This document shows, in pieces, positions 50,501 through 59,213 of a stretch of 64,000 nucleotides of DNA. The notes under the pieces were generated by a model. The model was not told the origin of the DNA and searched no databases. It was given only the letters and a program-made list of their open reading frames with translations. The position numbers and the translations under genes were made by a program. This DNA is from Vulcanimicrobiales bacterium (lineage in GTDB: Bacteria > Vulcanimicrobiota > Vulcanimicrobiia > Vulcanimicrobiales > Vulcanimicrobiaceae), in assembly GCA_038231455.1 (NCBI GenBank), contig JBBRLI010000011.1, positions 1-64,000 on the forward strand. The letters run 5' to 3'. Numbering within the stretch: position 1 is the first letter of the stretch; every line of letters starts with the position of its first letter.

Positions 50501-50732
50501 ACGCGCCGCGTTCGTCGGTTGTTGTCTTCTGAACGATTGCGGCCGATGCCACAGTGACCGTTACTCCGCGTACGGGAGCCTTGGTGGTCGCATCGACGAC
50601 GGTGCCAGTGAGTGTGCCGTTCGTACCGCCAATTGCAAACGCCGGCGCAAATGAGCCGACGAGCAAGGCGAACGTGAGAGCAACCACGGCGACCGCTCGA
50701 ATCGACCCGAAAACGAGTCGTGAGTAAGCCAT
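47577..50732 (-). CDS. Oar-like TonB-dependent receptor, paralog 2
   Basis: Signal peptide, GTLTGTVVD..TDERGAYRF, plug-like VPG..IRG, DYGIRLD, EPRFAGAY, C-terminal RFYYQLAL; AAGGAG SD. Confidence 0.85.
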   Translation of the reverse strand: MAYSRLVFGSIRAVAVVALTFALLVGSFAPAFAIGGTNGTLTGTVVDATTKAPVRGVTVTVASAAIVQKTTTDERGAYRFVGLPVDTYQVNFTIGAYEPITLNGVTVQGDGIVNQDVNLSKSLQTIGRVSSRSQSQAFQPKQPTDTYQVSGAQLQTALGKSFNISQTQLQSSVPGIQQTVYGSSSIRGSTRTELAYQFDGINYTDPATSQFQNSLGINGLQSLQVNPGAGDATQGNAGAGAINIVVKRGARPPFGQIDLEAVGYPFTHQLGLEYGFATPSGRLSNYTSFLAQNQDRIYGTIGTPAYISGSVFATEFVKTRDIVNNTVYRFGHDNSRSLQLLLQDRLSDFNVGRNGWQNYFYKTNDPTALPNLTPALPGVAAAARTGEVQSLIDLLPGQPNVLSNLAYQPHQYQPVDVAKLELDQLIDDKTYWANRLYHVVGTARFDTTYAGTGTGSRIAYQGGGRSGLSGDLIRTSGKHQIDFSYLYESQDTQYDYTSNTLGFRAASGLAGTPGYELADFIQPGQPCPTSDLSGNALSKVGNASGNGCGYLYNAANLAALGNPGGQLIIPNLRAYNGGHSQIWGIGIRDQFNVSSKLRLDYGIRLDGDNQQFVNGYSYITDDARHPRVIEPRFAGAYQISNADAIRASYGRSVQFVPGILINNPISTYQQFAGVPSRDSRTGTTAQTCGAPLFTSACSNYAQQLHDEYVQAFGLESFNVKPATYNNYDFSYSHQFKGGVGLKVTPFFKRGYDVNVFTTPVIGADVNTGLPLFGSARLSNSGIDKSTGVEFYLTKDVPYGVSGFVSATYVNRLQNVPPGYGGQTEDFYPSIPPVSLQLGQLYKAGYLSPLTGRVGLSYKNRAGLRINPIFSFDKGFPIGAGTLVAATVNGTARVVGNTNAATVGGGAVANSGTSLLVTQYVSPTNPGSILSPNIAATRGTSETSLAGGVLSRARGNLDLSFELSAPGSKNTFGAYISNIFNLVYSEPGLNSRWQPVATGVGGPQTGQTASTQTLGTVYGFYNYGQERYGRNAYILAPSGAPTAVRFYYQLAL

Positions 50733-50912
50733 CCGGAACTCCTTTAGAAGGAAAGGATCAATAGCAAACAGCGGCCTCGTCCTGAAGATCGACCACTCTG
50801 CACATTAAGACTTCCTAAATGCAAGACGCCTTCCTGCCAAATACGCTTTTCGCCCAACGGCAATCGTACGTCAATCTTCAGTAAAGCCGCGTCTTTTCCG
50901 AACAAATCGCGC

Positions 50913-51986
50913 CTAGAGAGACGCCCAAACGTCAAGCTTGTTCTTCACCTTGCCGATAACAGCATCGGTAAATTCACTGGTCGAGGACTGGCCGCCGAGG
51001 TCGCTTGTCGCGGTTCCCTCGCGGACCGTTTCGAGCACGCCCTCGTAAATCGCACGCGATGCGGTCGTGGCCCGGCGATCGTCGATATACGAGAGGACGG
51101 CCGCTGAGGCAAGGATCATCGCCATCGGGTTTGCGACGTTCTTCCCGAACAACCGTGGTGCCGTGCCGTGCGGAGCTTCGGCCATGACGACGTCCGGCTT
51201 GAACTCCGCATCGAAGGACATAAGCACGGATTCGGCGCCGGCGATGGAGCCGAAGAGTTGCATGACAAGATCCGAGAGGCAGTCTCCGTCGCGGTTGAGC
51301 GAGGGGATCACCATCGCATCGCCCGGATTGGAGATAAGGAGAGCATAGGTCGCGTCGATCAGCTGGGGGTCGTACTCAACATCCGGGTAGCGAGCGGCTG
51401 CGGCATCCATCTCTTCTTTTAAGAGGCCTTCATAAACCGGGCTCACGGTGTACTTCGGGCCACCGAAAACTTTGCTGTGCGTGCGGCGCGCGTGGAAAAA
51501 CGCGTACTCGGCGACCGCTCGGCAGACGGTCCGCTCGATTCTCTCGGTACGAAAGGCGATTTCATTATCACCCTCGCCTTCGCGCCACTCTTTTGCACCA
51601 TATGCGTCGCCGACGGCCATGCGCACGATCGCGATCGGCGCGTGGATTCCGGCGACCGGGCGGACACCCGGAATACGGCGACCGGTTCGCAAGATGACTT
51701 TCCCGTCGATCTCTTTGCGGATGATGGCGTTGGGCGAGCCGACGTCACCTTTGATTTCGGGCGTGATCGTCGCCGCCTTGAGTCCGAGCTTATGCAACTT
51801 CATCGCGGCGGCAGCTTCGTATGCGACGCCGTTCTTCGTCGCGCGCCGCTTCTCGAGCGAGAGATCGTAGTGTTCGAATGCAAGGTCCATGCCGATGACG
51901 CTCGGTTCCAGAACGCGCAGTGCTTCGACGAGCAATTCTTGACCGGTCTGATCGCCTTCAAGAACGACGATGGTGGGCTTGGACAC
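50913..51986 (-). CDS. isocitrate/isopropylmalate dehydrogenase family protein
   Basis: LEGDQTGQE, LKAATITP, SPN, NRDGDCLSDL, EAPHGTAP, ANPMAMIL; GTG after AGGAG; substrate not assignable. Confidence 0.88.
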   Translation of the reverse strand: MSKPTIVVLEGDQTGQELLVEALRVLEPSVIGMDLAFEHYDLSLEKRRATKNGVAYEAAAAMKLHKLGLKAATITPEIKGDVGSPNAIIRKEIDGKVILRTGRRIPGVRPVAGIHAPIAIVRMAVGDAYGAKEWREGEGDNEIAFRTERIERTVCRAVAEYAFFHARRTHSKVFGGPKYTVSPVYEGLLKEEMDAAAARYPDVEYDPQLIDATYALLISNPGDAMVIPSLNRDGDCLSDLVMQLFGSIAGAESVLMSFDAEFKPDVVMAEAPHGTAPRLFGKNVANPMAMILASAAVLSYIDDRRATTASRAIYEGVLETVREGTATSDLGGQSSTSEFTDAVIGKVKNKLDVWASL

Positions 51987-52098
51987 GCGACTCCTAACAT
52001 GCAGAGAGCAAACAATCTGGAATTCCGGCCCGCCTAAGGGAATCACTTCTGCCGCTTGGCGACAGGTGTTAATCCATGCGTCTGTAAGGTTTTAGGCC

Positions 52099-54435
52099 AT
52101 GGCACGCGTACGCCGTAAGGCGACTGCGACGATGCGTCTGAATTTCGAGATCGCCGGAATCGCGGCCCTCGGTATCGCGATTCTTCTTGGTGTTGCGCTC
52201 GTGCTTCCGCCTGCGCGCTCGGGACTTATCGGCGCGAATACTGCGGCCGGACTGCGTTTCTTGTTCGGTAGCGCCGCCGCATTATTTCCGGTCCTCATCG
52301 CAATCATCGGGGCGATCGTCTTCCTCGAAATCAACGTGCCCAAGCTGATGGCCACCTGGGGTCTTGCGGCGCTCGGATATTTCATCGTCGTCGACGCGTT
52401 CTTCGGTAGGCACGGTGGATTGCTCGGCTCGAGCGTTTCCGGCGGACTGCATACGCTGCTCGGCGATTTTGGGACGGCACTCTTGCTTGCTCTTCTCGCG
52501 CTCGGCATCACCGTGTGGATCACCAACGTCTCGGTCAAGAAAGTCATCGGCTGGTGCATCGCGCGAATCTCGGCCATGTGGCCGGCGCCGCGCGAGCGCG
52601 AAACAAAACCCGCTGCCGCACTTGCGCCCGGACCGAAAAACCTGCGCGAAGCGTTCAATCTTCCCGCCATACTGCCACGCGCACCGGCGCGCGCCGCAAG
52701 TGCGACCACCGCGGCTGCAGCTCCGCTCGCATCGATGACGACCGCGCATGACGAATCGGTCGATGAGATCGAAGATGACGAGGACCTCGAAGATGATGAA
52801 GAACTCGATGACGAGGCGTACGACGATTACGATGAAGAGGATGAGGACGGCGAGATCGACGAGCCGTTCGTCATCCCCGCACCCGTTGTCGCGGTAGCTC
52901 CGGTGCGCGTCGCGGCTACCGCTGCGACGGCTGCGGCCGTCGCGGTGGTCGGCGAATACGAATCCGCTTCGAGCACGCGCGCCGGAGGCGTCGTGTATCG
53001 CTTGCCCGATCTTTCGCTCTTCGATCCGCCACAAGCGCAAAAAGTCGATGAGACCTCGCGCGCGAGCACGCTCGAAGACACGCTCGCCTCGTTCGGCGTC
53101 GGCGCCAAAGTACAGCACATCGAACGCGGTCCCTCGATTACGCGCTACGAACTCAAACCCGATCGCGGCGTAAAAATCTCGCGTATCTCATCGCTTGCCG
53201 ACGATCTTGCACTTGCACTTGCGGCTACCTCGGTGCGCATCGAAGCGCCGATTCCCGGCAAGTCCGCCGTCGGCATCGAAGTCCCGAACGCGACCGTCTC
53301 GATCGTGGCAATCCGCGAGATCTTCGATGCATTTCCGTCGCGCGGCACGATCCCGCCACTCAACATGGCGCTCGGCAAAGACATAACGGGCCGCCCCGTT
53401 TACGGCGATCTGGGGAAGATGCCGCATTTGCTCGTCGCCGGAGCGACCGGCAGCGGCAAGAGCGTTTGCCTCAATTCGATCATCGCATCGATCCTCGTCT
53501 CGGCGACACCCGATCAAGTGCAAATGCTCATGATCGATCCCAAACGCGTCGAGCTCACGGTCTATAACGGAATTCCGCATCTGATCGAACCCGTCATTAC
53601 GGATGCGAAGATGGCAGCGGGCGCGCTCTTTCAGATGACCAAGGAAATGGACTCGCGATACGAGCGTTTCGCCAAAGCCGGCGTCCGCAAAATCGAAGAG
53701 TACAATGCGAAGTTCCCCGACGAGCAGCTGCCATACGTCGTGATCGTGATCGACGAGCTTGCCGATCTGATGCTGATCGCACCGGCGAAAGTCGAGACGA
53801 CGATCTGCCGTCTCGCGCAGCTCGCGCGCGCGACGGGTATCCATCTCATCGTTGCAACGCAGCGGCCGTCGGTCGACGTCATTACCGGCATCATTAAAGC
53901 GAACATTCCTTCGCGCATCGCCTTTGCCGTAAGCTCGCAAGTCGATTCGCGTACCATTCTCGACATGGGCGGCGCGGAACGCCTGCTCGGCCGCGGCGAC
54001 ATGCTCTTCTTACCCATCGATGCGCCCAAACCCAAGCGCGCACAAGGCGCACTCGTCACGAGCGCAGAGATTTCGCGTTTGGTCGATTTCTGGGCCGCTC
54101 AAGCACGTCCGGATAACCTCATCGAAGTCGAGATTACCCCGATCTCCGATGACGACGACAAAGGCTCGCGAAACGTCGATCCGCTTTGCTACGATGCAGC
54201 CAAGTTCATCATCGAGAGCAACTTTGCATCGACGGCGCAATTGCAGTCGCACTTCTCGGTCGGCCACCCGCGGGCAGTTCGGATCATGAAGCAGCTCGAA
54301 GACTTCAAAGTGGTCGGGCCGCACGAAGGCACGAAGCCGCGCACGATCAAGCTGCGTATCGACGAACTCGAAGTGATCGCGTCGCGCTTAGGCAAGGACG
54401 ACAGCCAACAAGACCTCTTCGCCGCCGGATCCTAG
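52099..54435 (+). CDS. ftsK: DNA translocase FtsK
   Basis: N-terminal TMs, PHLLVAGATGSGKS, IDPKRVEL, IDELADLM, ATQRPS, gamma domain. Confidence 0.95.
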   Translation: MARVRRKATATMRLNFEIAGIAALGIAILLGVALVLPPARSGLIGANTAAGLRFLFGSAAALFPVLIAIIGAIVFLEINVPKLMATWGLAALGYFIVVDAFFGRHGGLLGSSVSGGLHTLLGDFGTALLLALLALGITVWITNVSVKKVIGWCIARISAMWPAPRERETKPAAALAPGPKNLREAFNLPAILPRAPARAASATTAAAAPLASMTTAHDESVDEIEDDEDLEDDEELDDEAYDDYDEEDEDGEIDEPFVIPAPVVAVAPVRVAATAATAAAVAVVGEYESASSTRAGGVVYRLPDLSLFDPPQAQKVDETSRASTLEDTLASFGVGAKVQHIERGPSITRYELKPDRGVKISRISSLADDLALALAATSVRIEAPIPGKSAVGIEVPNATVSIVAIREIFDAFPSRGTIPPLNMALGKDITGRPVYGDLGKMPHLLVAGATGSGKSVCLNSIIASILVSATPDQVQMLMIDPKRVELTVYNGIPHLIEPVITDAKMAAGALFQMTKEMDSRYERFAKAGVRKIEEYNAKFPDEQLPYVVIVIDELADLMLIAPAKVETTICRLAQLARATGIHLIVATQRPSVDVITGIIKANIPSRIAFAVSSQVDSRTILDMGGAERLLGRGDMLFLPIDAPKPKRAQGALVTSAEISRLVDFWAAQARPDNLIEVEITPISDDDDKGSRNVDPLCYDAAKFIIESNFASTAQLQSHFSVGHPRAVRIMKQLEDFKVVGPHEGTKPRTIKLRIDELEVIASRLGKDDSQQDLFAAGS

Positions 54436-54438
54436 CGC

Positions 54439-55047
54439 GTGCGGGCCTCACTAGTCGTCGCGGTCCTCGCACTGCTGGGCTTCTTCATCCTCGGCTCTTC
54501 GGTTTCAGGAACGGACCCGTCGGCATTCGATCTTGCGACCGCGAGTTGGGTCGGCGTCGCGACGCCGCTCGCGTGGATCTTCACTGCATCGTGTCTCTTA
54601 CCGACACTCAGCGTTATCGCCGTCCTTCTTATAAGTAGCGCCGTCACGTTTCCGGCTTGGCGCGGGCGCGTGATCTTCGCGCTCGTCGTAACACTTGCGA
54701 GCTGGCAGGCAAGCGATGTGTTCAAAGCACGCTTCGCACGACCGCGACCCGAGCACTGGGTGCGCATTCACGAAACGTCGTTCGCCTATTCGAGCGGACA
54801 CGCGATGTTTGCCGTACTCGTTTACGGACTCTGGGCGTATTTTCTTTGGAAGAGCGATTTACCGCGCCCGATTCGCATCGTAGGATCGATCGTTCTGGTC
54901 GTGTGGGGATGCGGGGTGCTGTGGTCGCGCTTAGCCCTTGGCGCACACTATCCAACCGACTTGATCGGCGGCATATTGCTCGCGACGGCGGCGCTTGGCA
55001 TCGGAAACGCCGTGGCAATCGCAATCGCGTCGCGGCGCACCGCCTAG
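54439..55047 (+). CDS. PAP2 family phosphatase
   Basis: KARFARPRP, SSGHA, SRLALGAHYPTD. Confidence 0.9.
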   Translation: MRASLVVAVLALLGFFILGSSVSGTDPSAFDLATASWVGVATPLAWIFTASCLLPTLSVIAVLLISSAVTFPAWRGRVIFALVVTLASWQASDVFKARFARPRPEHWVRIHETSFAYSSGHAMFAVLVYGLWAYFLWKSDLPRPIRIVGSIVLVVWGCGVLWSRLALGAHYPTDLIGGILLATAALGIGNAVAIAIASRRTA

Positions 55048-56450
55048 CTCGGCGTTTGTGTAACGAGCGTCGGCCGCTTCGTGTGGAAGTCGGTCGCCGC
55101 TTGGTACCGTTTGGCGATCGCCGTTAGGCGTGCTTCGCCAAACGCAACGCCGAGCAGCGCCATCCCCGTGGGCAAGCCGTTCTCTCCAAATCCGTTTGGC
55201 ATCCCGATTGCCGGAAGCCCGCAGGCGTTGCCAGCGCCGATCAGACTCGGCCCACCTTCGACATTCGGATACGCGTTGTTAAAGGGGATCCCGACCGGCG
55301 GGGTTACCGTCGAGAGCGTCGGTGTGGCGACGCCGTCGAATTTGCCGAAGGCGTCGTTCACTTTTTTGATCATCATCGGGCGCCGGCGCTGCGCGTCGAT
55401 ATAGTCGACGGCAAGTGTCGCGTACGACGCATACCCGCCGAGATGGTCGCCCGTGTTTTGCAACATACGCGACTTTCCGCTTTCGATCAGATCGCGAAAT
55501 GCTGCCGCCCCCTCAGCACTTACGATCGTACCGACCGTCGCGCCGTACGGCGCATCGGGCAGCTCGACGTCCATCGTGATGTCGCAAAATTGCGCGAGCA
55601 CTTTGAGCGATGCTTCGAAGTTGGCTTTCACTTCGGGCATTACGCCATGCGTCGCGTTCTTGAGCACGGCGACACGCGGTTTGCGCGACGGCGCGCGCAG
55701 CGGTCGATCGACGGCGGTCGGATCGGCGGGATCGGCACCCGCAATCACACGCAGAATCGTCTCCGTATCGCGCGCGCTGCGCGCCATCGGGCCGATTTTA
55801 TCGAGCGACCAACAGAGGGCCATCGCGCCGTGGCGACTCACGCGGCCGTAGGTGGGGCGCAGCCCCGTGATGCCGCACGCCGTTGCCGGATTGAGAATTG
55901 ATCCCGAGGTTTCCGTGCCGATGCCAAAACCGACCAGGCCCGCGGCAACCGAAGCGCCGGTGCCACTCGAAGAACCGCCACTCCAGAATTTCGCATTCCA
56001 TGGCGTGCGTCCGGGACCGGTGAATGATGCATCCGCATCGCTGTAGCCAAACCCGCCGGCAAGCTCCACCATCGCGAGTTTGGCAAGCAGAACGCCGCCG
56101 GCATCGGTAATCTTTTTCACGACCGTCGCATCGAAATCGAAATGCTGATCGCGATACGGCGCCGAGCCCCAGGTCGTCGGCGCATCGGGCGTCGCGAGCA
56201 AATCTTTTACGCCGTACGGCACGCCGTGCAGCGGCGAGCGAATCTTGCCGGCTTTGCGTTCCCGATCGGCGCGTTTTGCTTCTTTCATCGCGCGCTCGCG
56301 CAAGATCGTCACGACGGCGCCGTAGACGTGACCGTATGTCTCCAGGCGTTCGAGATACAGTTTTGTCAGGTCCACCGACGATACGCTTCCCGCGGTCATC
56401 AGTTTCTGTAAGGTGGTCGCGTCGCTAAAGGCGAGATCGTCGTTCGTCAT
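55044..56450 (-). CDS. amidase-signature family enzyme
   Basis: PLHGVPYGVKD, GGSSSG, GTETSGSI..P; no signal peptide. Confidence 0.92.
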   Translation of the reverse strand: MTNDDLAFSDATTLQKLMTAGSVSSVDLTKLYLERLETYGHVYGAVVTILRERAMKEAKRADRERKAGKIRSPLHGVPYGVKDLLATPDAPTTWGSAPYRDQHFDFDATVVKKITDAGGVLLAKLAMVELAGGFGYSDADASFTGPGRTPWNAKFWSGGSSSGTGASVAAGLVGFGIGTETSGSILNPATACGITGLRPTYGRVSRHGAMALCWSLDKIGPMARSARDTETILRVIAGADPADPTAVDRPLRAPSRKPRVAVLKNATHGVMPEVKANFEASLKVLAQFCDITMDVELPDAPYGATVGTIVSAEGAAAFRDLIESGKSRMLQNTGDHLGGYASYATLAVDYIDAQRRRPMMIKKVNDAFGKFDGVATPTLSTVTPPVGIPFNNAYPNVEGGPSLIGAGNACGLPAIGMPNGFGENGLPTGMALLGVAFGEARLTAIAKRYQAATDFHTKRPTLVTQTPS

Positions 56451-56451
56451 C

Positions 56452-56796
56452 CTATTTCACGTCCGTGAAGGGAACGGTAAAACGCGTGATCGGCTCGTCG
56501 GCATTCTTGAGCAGCGTGCCTTTCGGATTGAGAAGGTTCCCAGCGCCACGCTTGCGGTCGATGCTTCGCGCGATCGTCTCGAGGTCGTCATCCGTGAGTG
56601 CGGCATCGAATCCACGAAACGTCAGCGCAACGGCTATGGCTTCCGCGGAGGGTTTCGGGGACGCCGACGAACTTGGGTGCGGAGAAGCAACGGCCGCGCT
56701 AGCTGGCACCGATTGCGCATCCGCAGATTTTCCGAGAACTGCCACACCCACTCCGCTCGCGGCCACCGCGGTCAAAAACGAACGCCGATTTTTCAT
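56452..56796 (-). CDS. small Tat-signal protein coupled to amidase
   Basis: MKNRRSFL twin-arginine motif, h-region, ADA cleavage site; stop 1 nt before the amidase ATG. Confidence 0.75.
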   Translation of the reverse strand: MKNRRSFLTAVAASGVGVAVLGKSADAQSVPASAAVASPHPSSSASPKPSAEAIAVALTFRGFDAALTDDDLETIARSIDRKRGAGNLLNPKGTLLKNADEPITRFTVPFTDVK

Positions 56797-56853
56797 CCGA
56801 GCCGAATGCGGGAGAGGTTCTCGACGCTCCTTCGTGCTGACGCTGTCGCGAAG

Positions 56854-57384
56854 CTAGCGTTTCGCGCTCGCGAAATAAGCAGCTACGTCGAGCATAAAGT
56901 CGGGGAGCGCGACATGAACGAGCACGTCGCCGATGGACCACGTAACCACCCCATCGAGAGACTCCGCGCGAATCGTTTCAGTCTTGGGATCAACGACGAT
57001 GACGGCTTCCGCGCCAGCACGAAGATACGTTTCGACTTTATGCCGGACGTCGCGCGGGCGGTCGTCACGCGAGAGAATGTCGACCGCGATATTTGGCGTC
57101 GCAAGCGGTATCTGCGCCGCGTCCTCCTCGGCGGCGCCTAAACGGTCGTACGAAAGATACGCCACGTCCGGGACCAGCGGGCGGATACTCTCACCGGGAG
57201 GCGCAATTCGGAATCGCCACTCGATGCCCACGCGGCCGCGGTCCTCGGCCCAATCATTCAGCGCCACCCAAAATTGCGACTGGAGACGCGAATGGCGGTA
57301 CGTCGGGCTCACTTTTTGCAGTGCCCGTCCGTTGACCCATTCGGTCTCCGGCTTGGTCTCGGGGAGCACGATTTCGGTCTGCAT
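56854..57384 (-). CDS. Uma2 family putative endonuclease
   Basis: TEWVNG..KVSP..HS, PDVAY, AVDILS, K...YL.AG, VDP. Confidence 0.88.
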   Translation of the reverse strand: MQTEIVLPETKPETEWVNGRALQKVSPTYRHSRLQSQFWVALNDWAEDRGRVGIEWRFRIAPPGESIRPLVPDVAYLSYDRLGAAEEDAAQIPLATPNIAVDILSRDDRPRDVRHKVETYLRAGAEAVIVVDPKTETIRAESLDGVVTWSIGDVLVHVALPDFMLDVAAYFASAKR

Positions 57385-57391
57385 GGAAAGT

Positions 57392-57427
57392 ACCTCACCT
57401 GAAGCGTATCACGCGTTCAGGTGAGGT
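57392..57427. promoter_or_regulatory. hairpin between rnj and uma2 covering the uma2 SD
   Basis: ACCTCACCTGAA-GCGT-ATC-ACGC-G-TTCAGGTGAGGT. Confidence 0.65.
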
Positions 57428-57444
57428 GGCTAGAGCGAGGTCGG

Positions 57445-59166
57445 CTAGACTTCCATTACGACAGGGATGACCATCGGCCGGCGGCGCGATTTCTCGAACA
57501 CGGCCTTGGAGAGTCCGCTGCGGATGTGTTCTTTGACGGTGCCGACATCGCGGATGCCCTCAACCGAACACTGCGCGAGAATCGAGGTTAGCTTTGCCTT
57601 GAATTCTTCTTGCAGTTCGCTTGAATCCGGTAAGTAGAAAACGCCACGCGAGATGAGGTCGGGACCGGCAACGACGCGTGCTTCTTCCGCATCGACCGTT
57701 ACGACGACCATCATGATGCCGTCTGCCGAGAGATGCTTACGATCGCGCAGAACGGCTTCGCCGACATCGCCGACGCCCGATCCATCGACCATCACATTGC
57801 CGCCATAGGTGCGCCCGACTTTGTCGGCCGTCGTCTCGGTGAACTGGATGATGTCGCCGTTTTCGATGACGAACACATTGTCGCCAGGAACGCCTGTCGT
57901 CGTTGCGAGCTTCCCGTGCGTGACGAGCATCCGATACTCGCCGTGAACGGGGATAAAGTATTCGGGCCGCACGAGGTTGAGCATGAGCAAGAGTTCTTCT
58001 TGCGATGCGTGGCCCGAAACGTGCGCGCTGCCGGCGGTTCCGGTGATGACCGTTGCGCCGAGGCGGTAGAGATTATTGATCGTCTTCGAGACGCTCTTTT
58101 CATTGCCGGGAATCGGCGTCGCCGAGATGACGACCGTATCGCCCGCATTAATGCGCAGCTTCTTATGATCGCGCACGGAGAGCCGCGTGAGCGCCGACAT
58201 CGGCTCGCCTTGCGAGCCGGTCGTCATCACGACGACTTGTTCGGGCGGATAATCATCGACATCCTCGAGCTTGATCACCAGGCCCGCGGGGATATCGAGA
58301 TAGCCGAGTTCCGTTGAGAAGTGCAGCACGTTCGAGAGCGAGCGCCCGAGGAAGGCGACTTTGCGGCCGAAGCGCTGCGCCTGATCCACGACTTGTTGGA
58401 TGCGCGGCACGTTCGAGGCAAACGACGTAACGATGATGCGGCCTTTGGCGCGCGCGAAGATATTCGCAAACGCATCGCCCACGGTGCGCTCCGAGAGCGT
58501 GTGGCCGGGACGTTCGGCGTTCGTCGAATCCGCGAGCATGCAGAGCACGCCTTCTTCACCGACGCGCGCGATCGCCGCGAAATCGGCGGGTTTACCGTCG
58601 ATCGGCGTTTGATCGAATTTGAAATCGCCCGTATGGAAGACGACGCCCGATGGCGTGCGGATCGCAAGCGCGCACGCGCCCGCAAGCGAGTGATTGATGT
58701 GAATGAATTCGGTCTCGATCGCGCCGTACTTCACGCGGTCGCCCGGGTTGACCGTGACGAGATTCAACTCGCTCGGTTTGTGTTCGCGCATCTTTGCGCG
58801 AATGAGCGCAAGCGAGAGCGGCGTGCCGACGATCGGGACTTGAAACTCGCGTAGGAGGTACGGAATCCCGCCGATATGGTCTTCGTGGCCGTGCGTGACG
58901 AGCAGCGCGCGAAACTTGTCTTTACGTTCGCGCAGATACGAGAAGTCGTTAATAACGATGTCGACGCCGAACATCTCGTCATCGGGGAACATGAGGCCGC
59001 AGTCGACCACGACGATGTCGTCGTTCGTTTCGATGACCGTCATGTTGCGGCCGATTTCGCCACAGCCGCCGAGGGGGATGATTCGGAGGTACGGTTCTGC
59101 CGGGGGTTTGGGCACCACTAAGGTGTCCGCGTACGGTTGGCCGTTCTGGCCGCTACTGGATTGCAA
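57445..59166 (-). CDS. rnj: ribonuclease J
   Basis: PLGGCGEIGRNM, THGHEDHIG, HTGDFK, TGSQGEP, HVSGHA, PVHGE. Confidence 0.96.
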   Translation of the reverse strand: MQSSSGQNGQPYADTLVVPKPPAEPYLRIIPLGGCGEIGRNMTVIETNDDIVVVDCGLMFPDDEMFGVDIVINDFSYLRERKDKFRALLVTHGHEDHIGGIPYLLREFQVPIVGTPLSLALIRAKMREHKPSELNLVTVNPGDRVKYGAIETEFIHINHSLAGACALAIRTPSGVVFHTGDFKFDQTPIDGKPADFAAIARVGEEGVLCMLADSTNAERPGHTLSERTVGDAFANIFARAKGRIIVTSFASNVPRIQQVVDQAQRFGRKVAFLGRSLSNVLHFSTELGYLDIPAGLVIKLEDVDDYPPEQVVVMTTGSQGEPMSALTRLSVRDHKKLRINAGDTVVISATPIPGNEKSVSKTINNLYRLGATVITGTAGSAHVSGHASQEELLLMLNLVRPEYFIPVHGEYRMLVTHGKLATTTGVPGDNVFVIENGDIIQFTETTADKVGRTYGGNVMVDGSGVGDVGEAVLRDRKHLSADGIMMVVVTVDAEEARVVAGPDLISRGVFYLPDSSELQEEFKAKLTSILAQCSVEGIRDVGTVKEHIRSGLSKAVFEKSRRRPMVIPVVMEV

Positions 59167-59213
59167 TGCTCGTCCCGTCTAGTCGTTCGCCTCGGCCGGC
59201 GTGATCGTTCAGC

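Noticed and set aside
55044-56450. Calling the amidase gatA
   Set aside because: No gatB nearby, the partner has a Tat signal, and the catalytic segment is GTETSGS rather than GSDTGGS.
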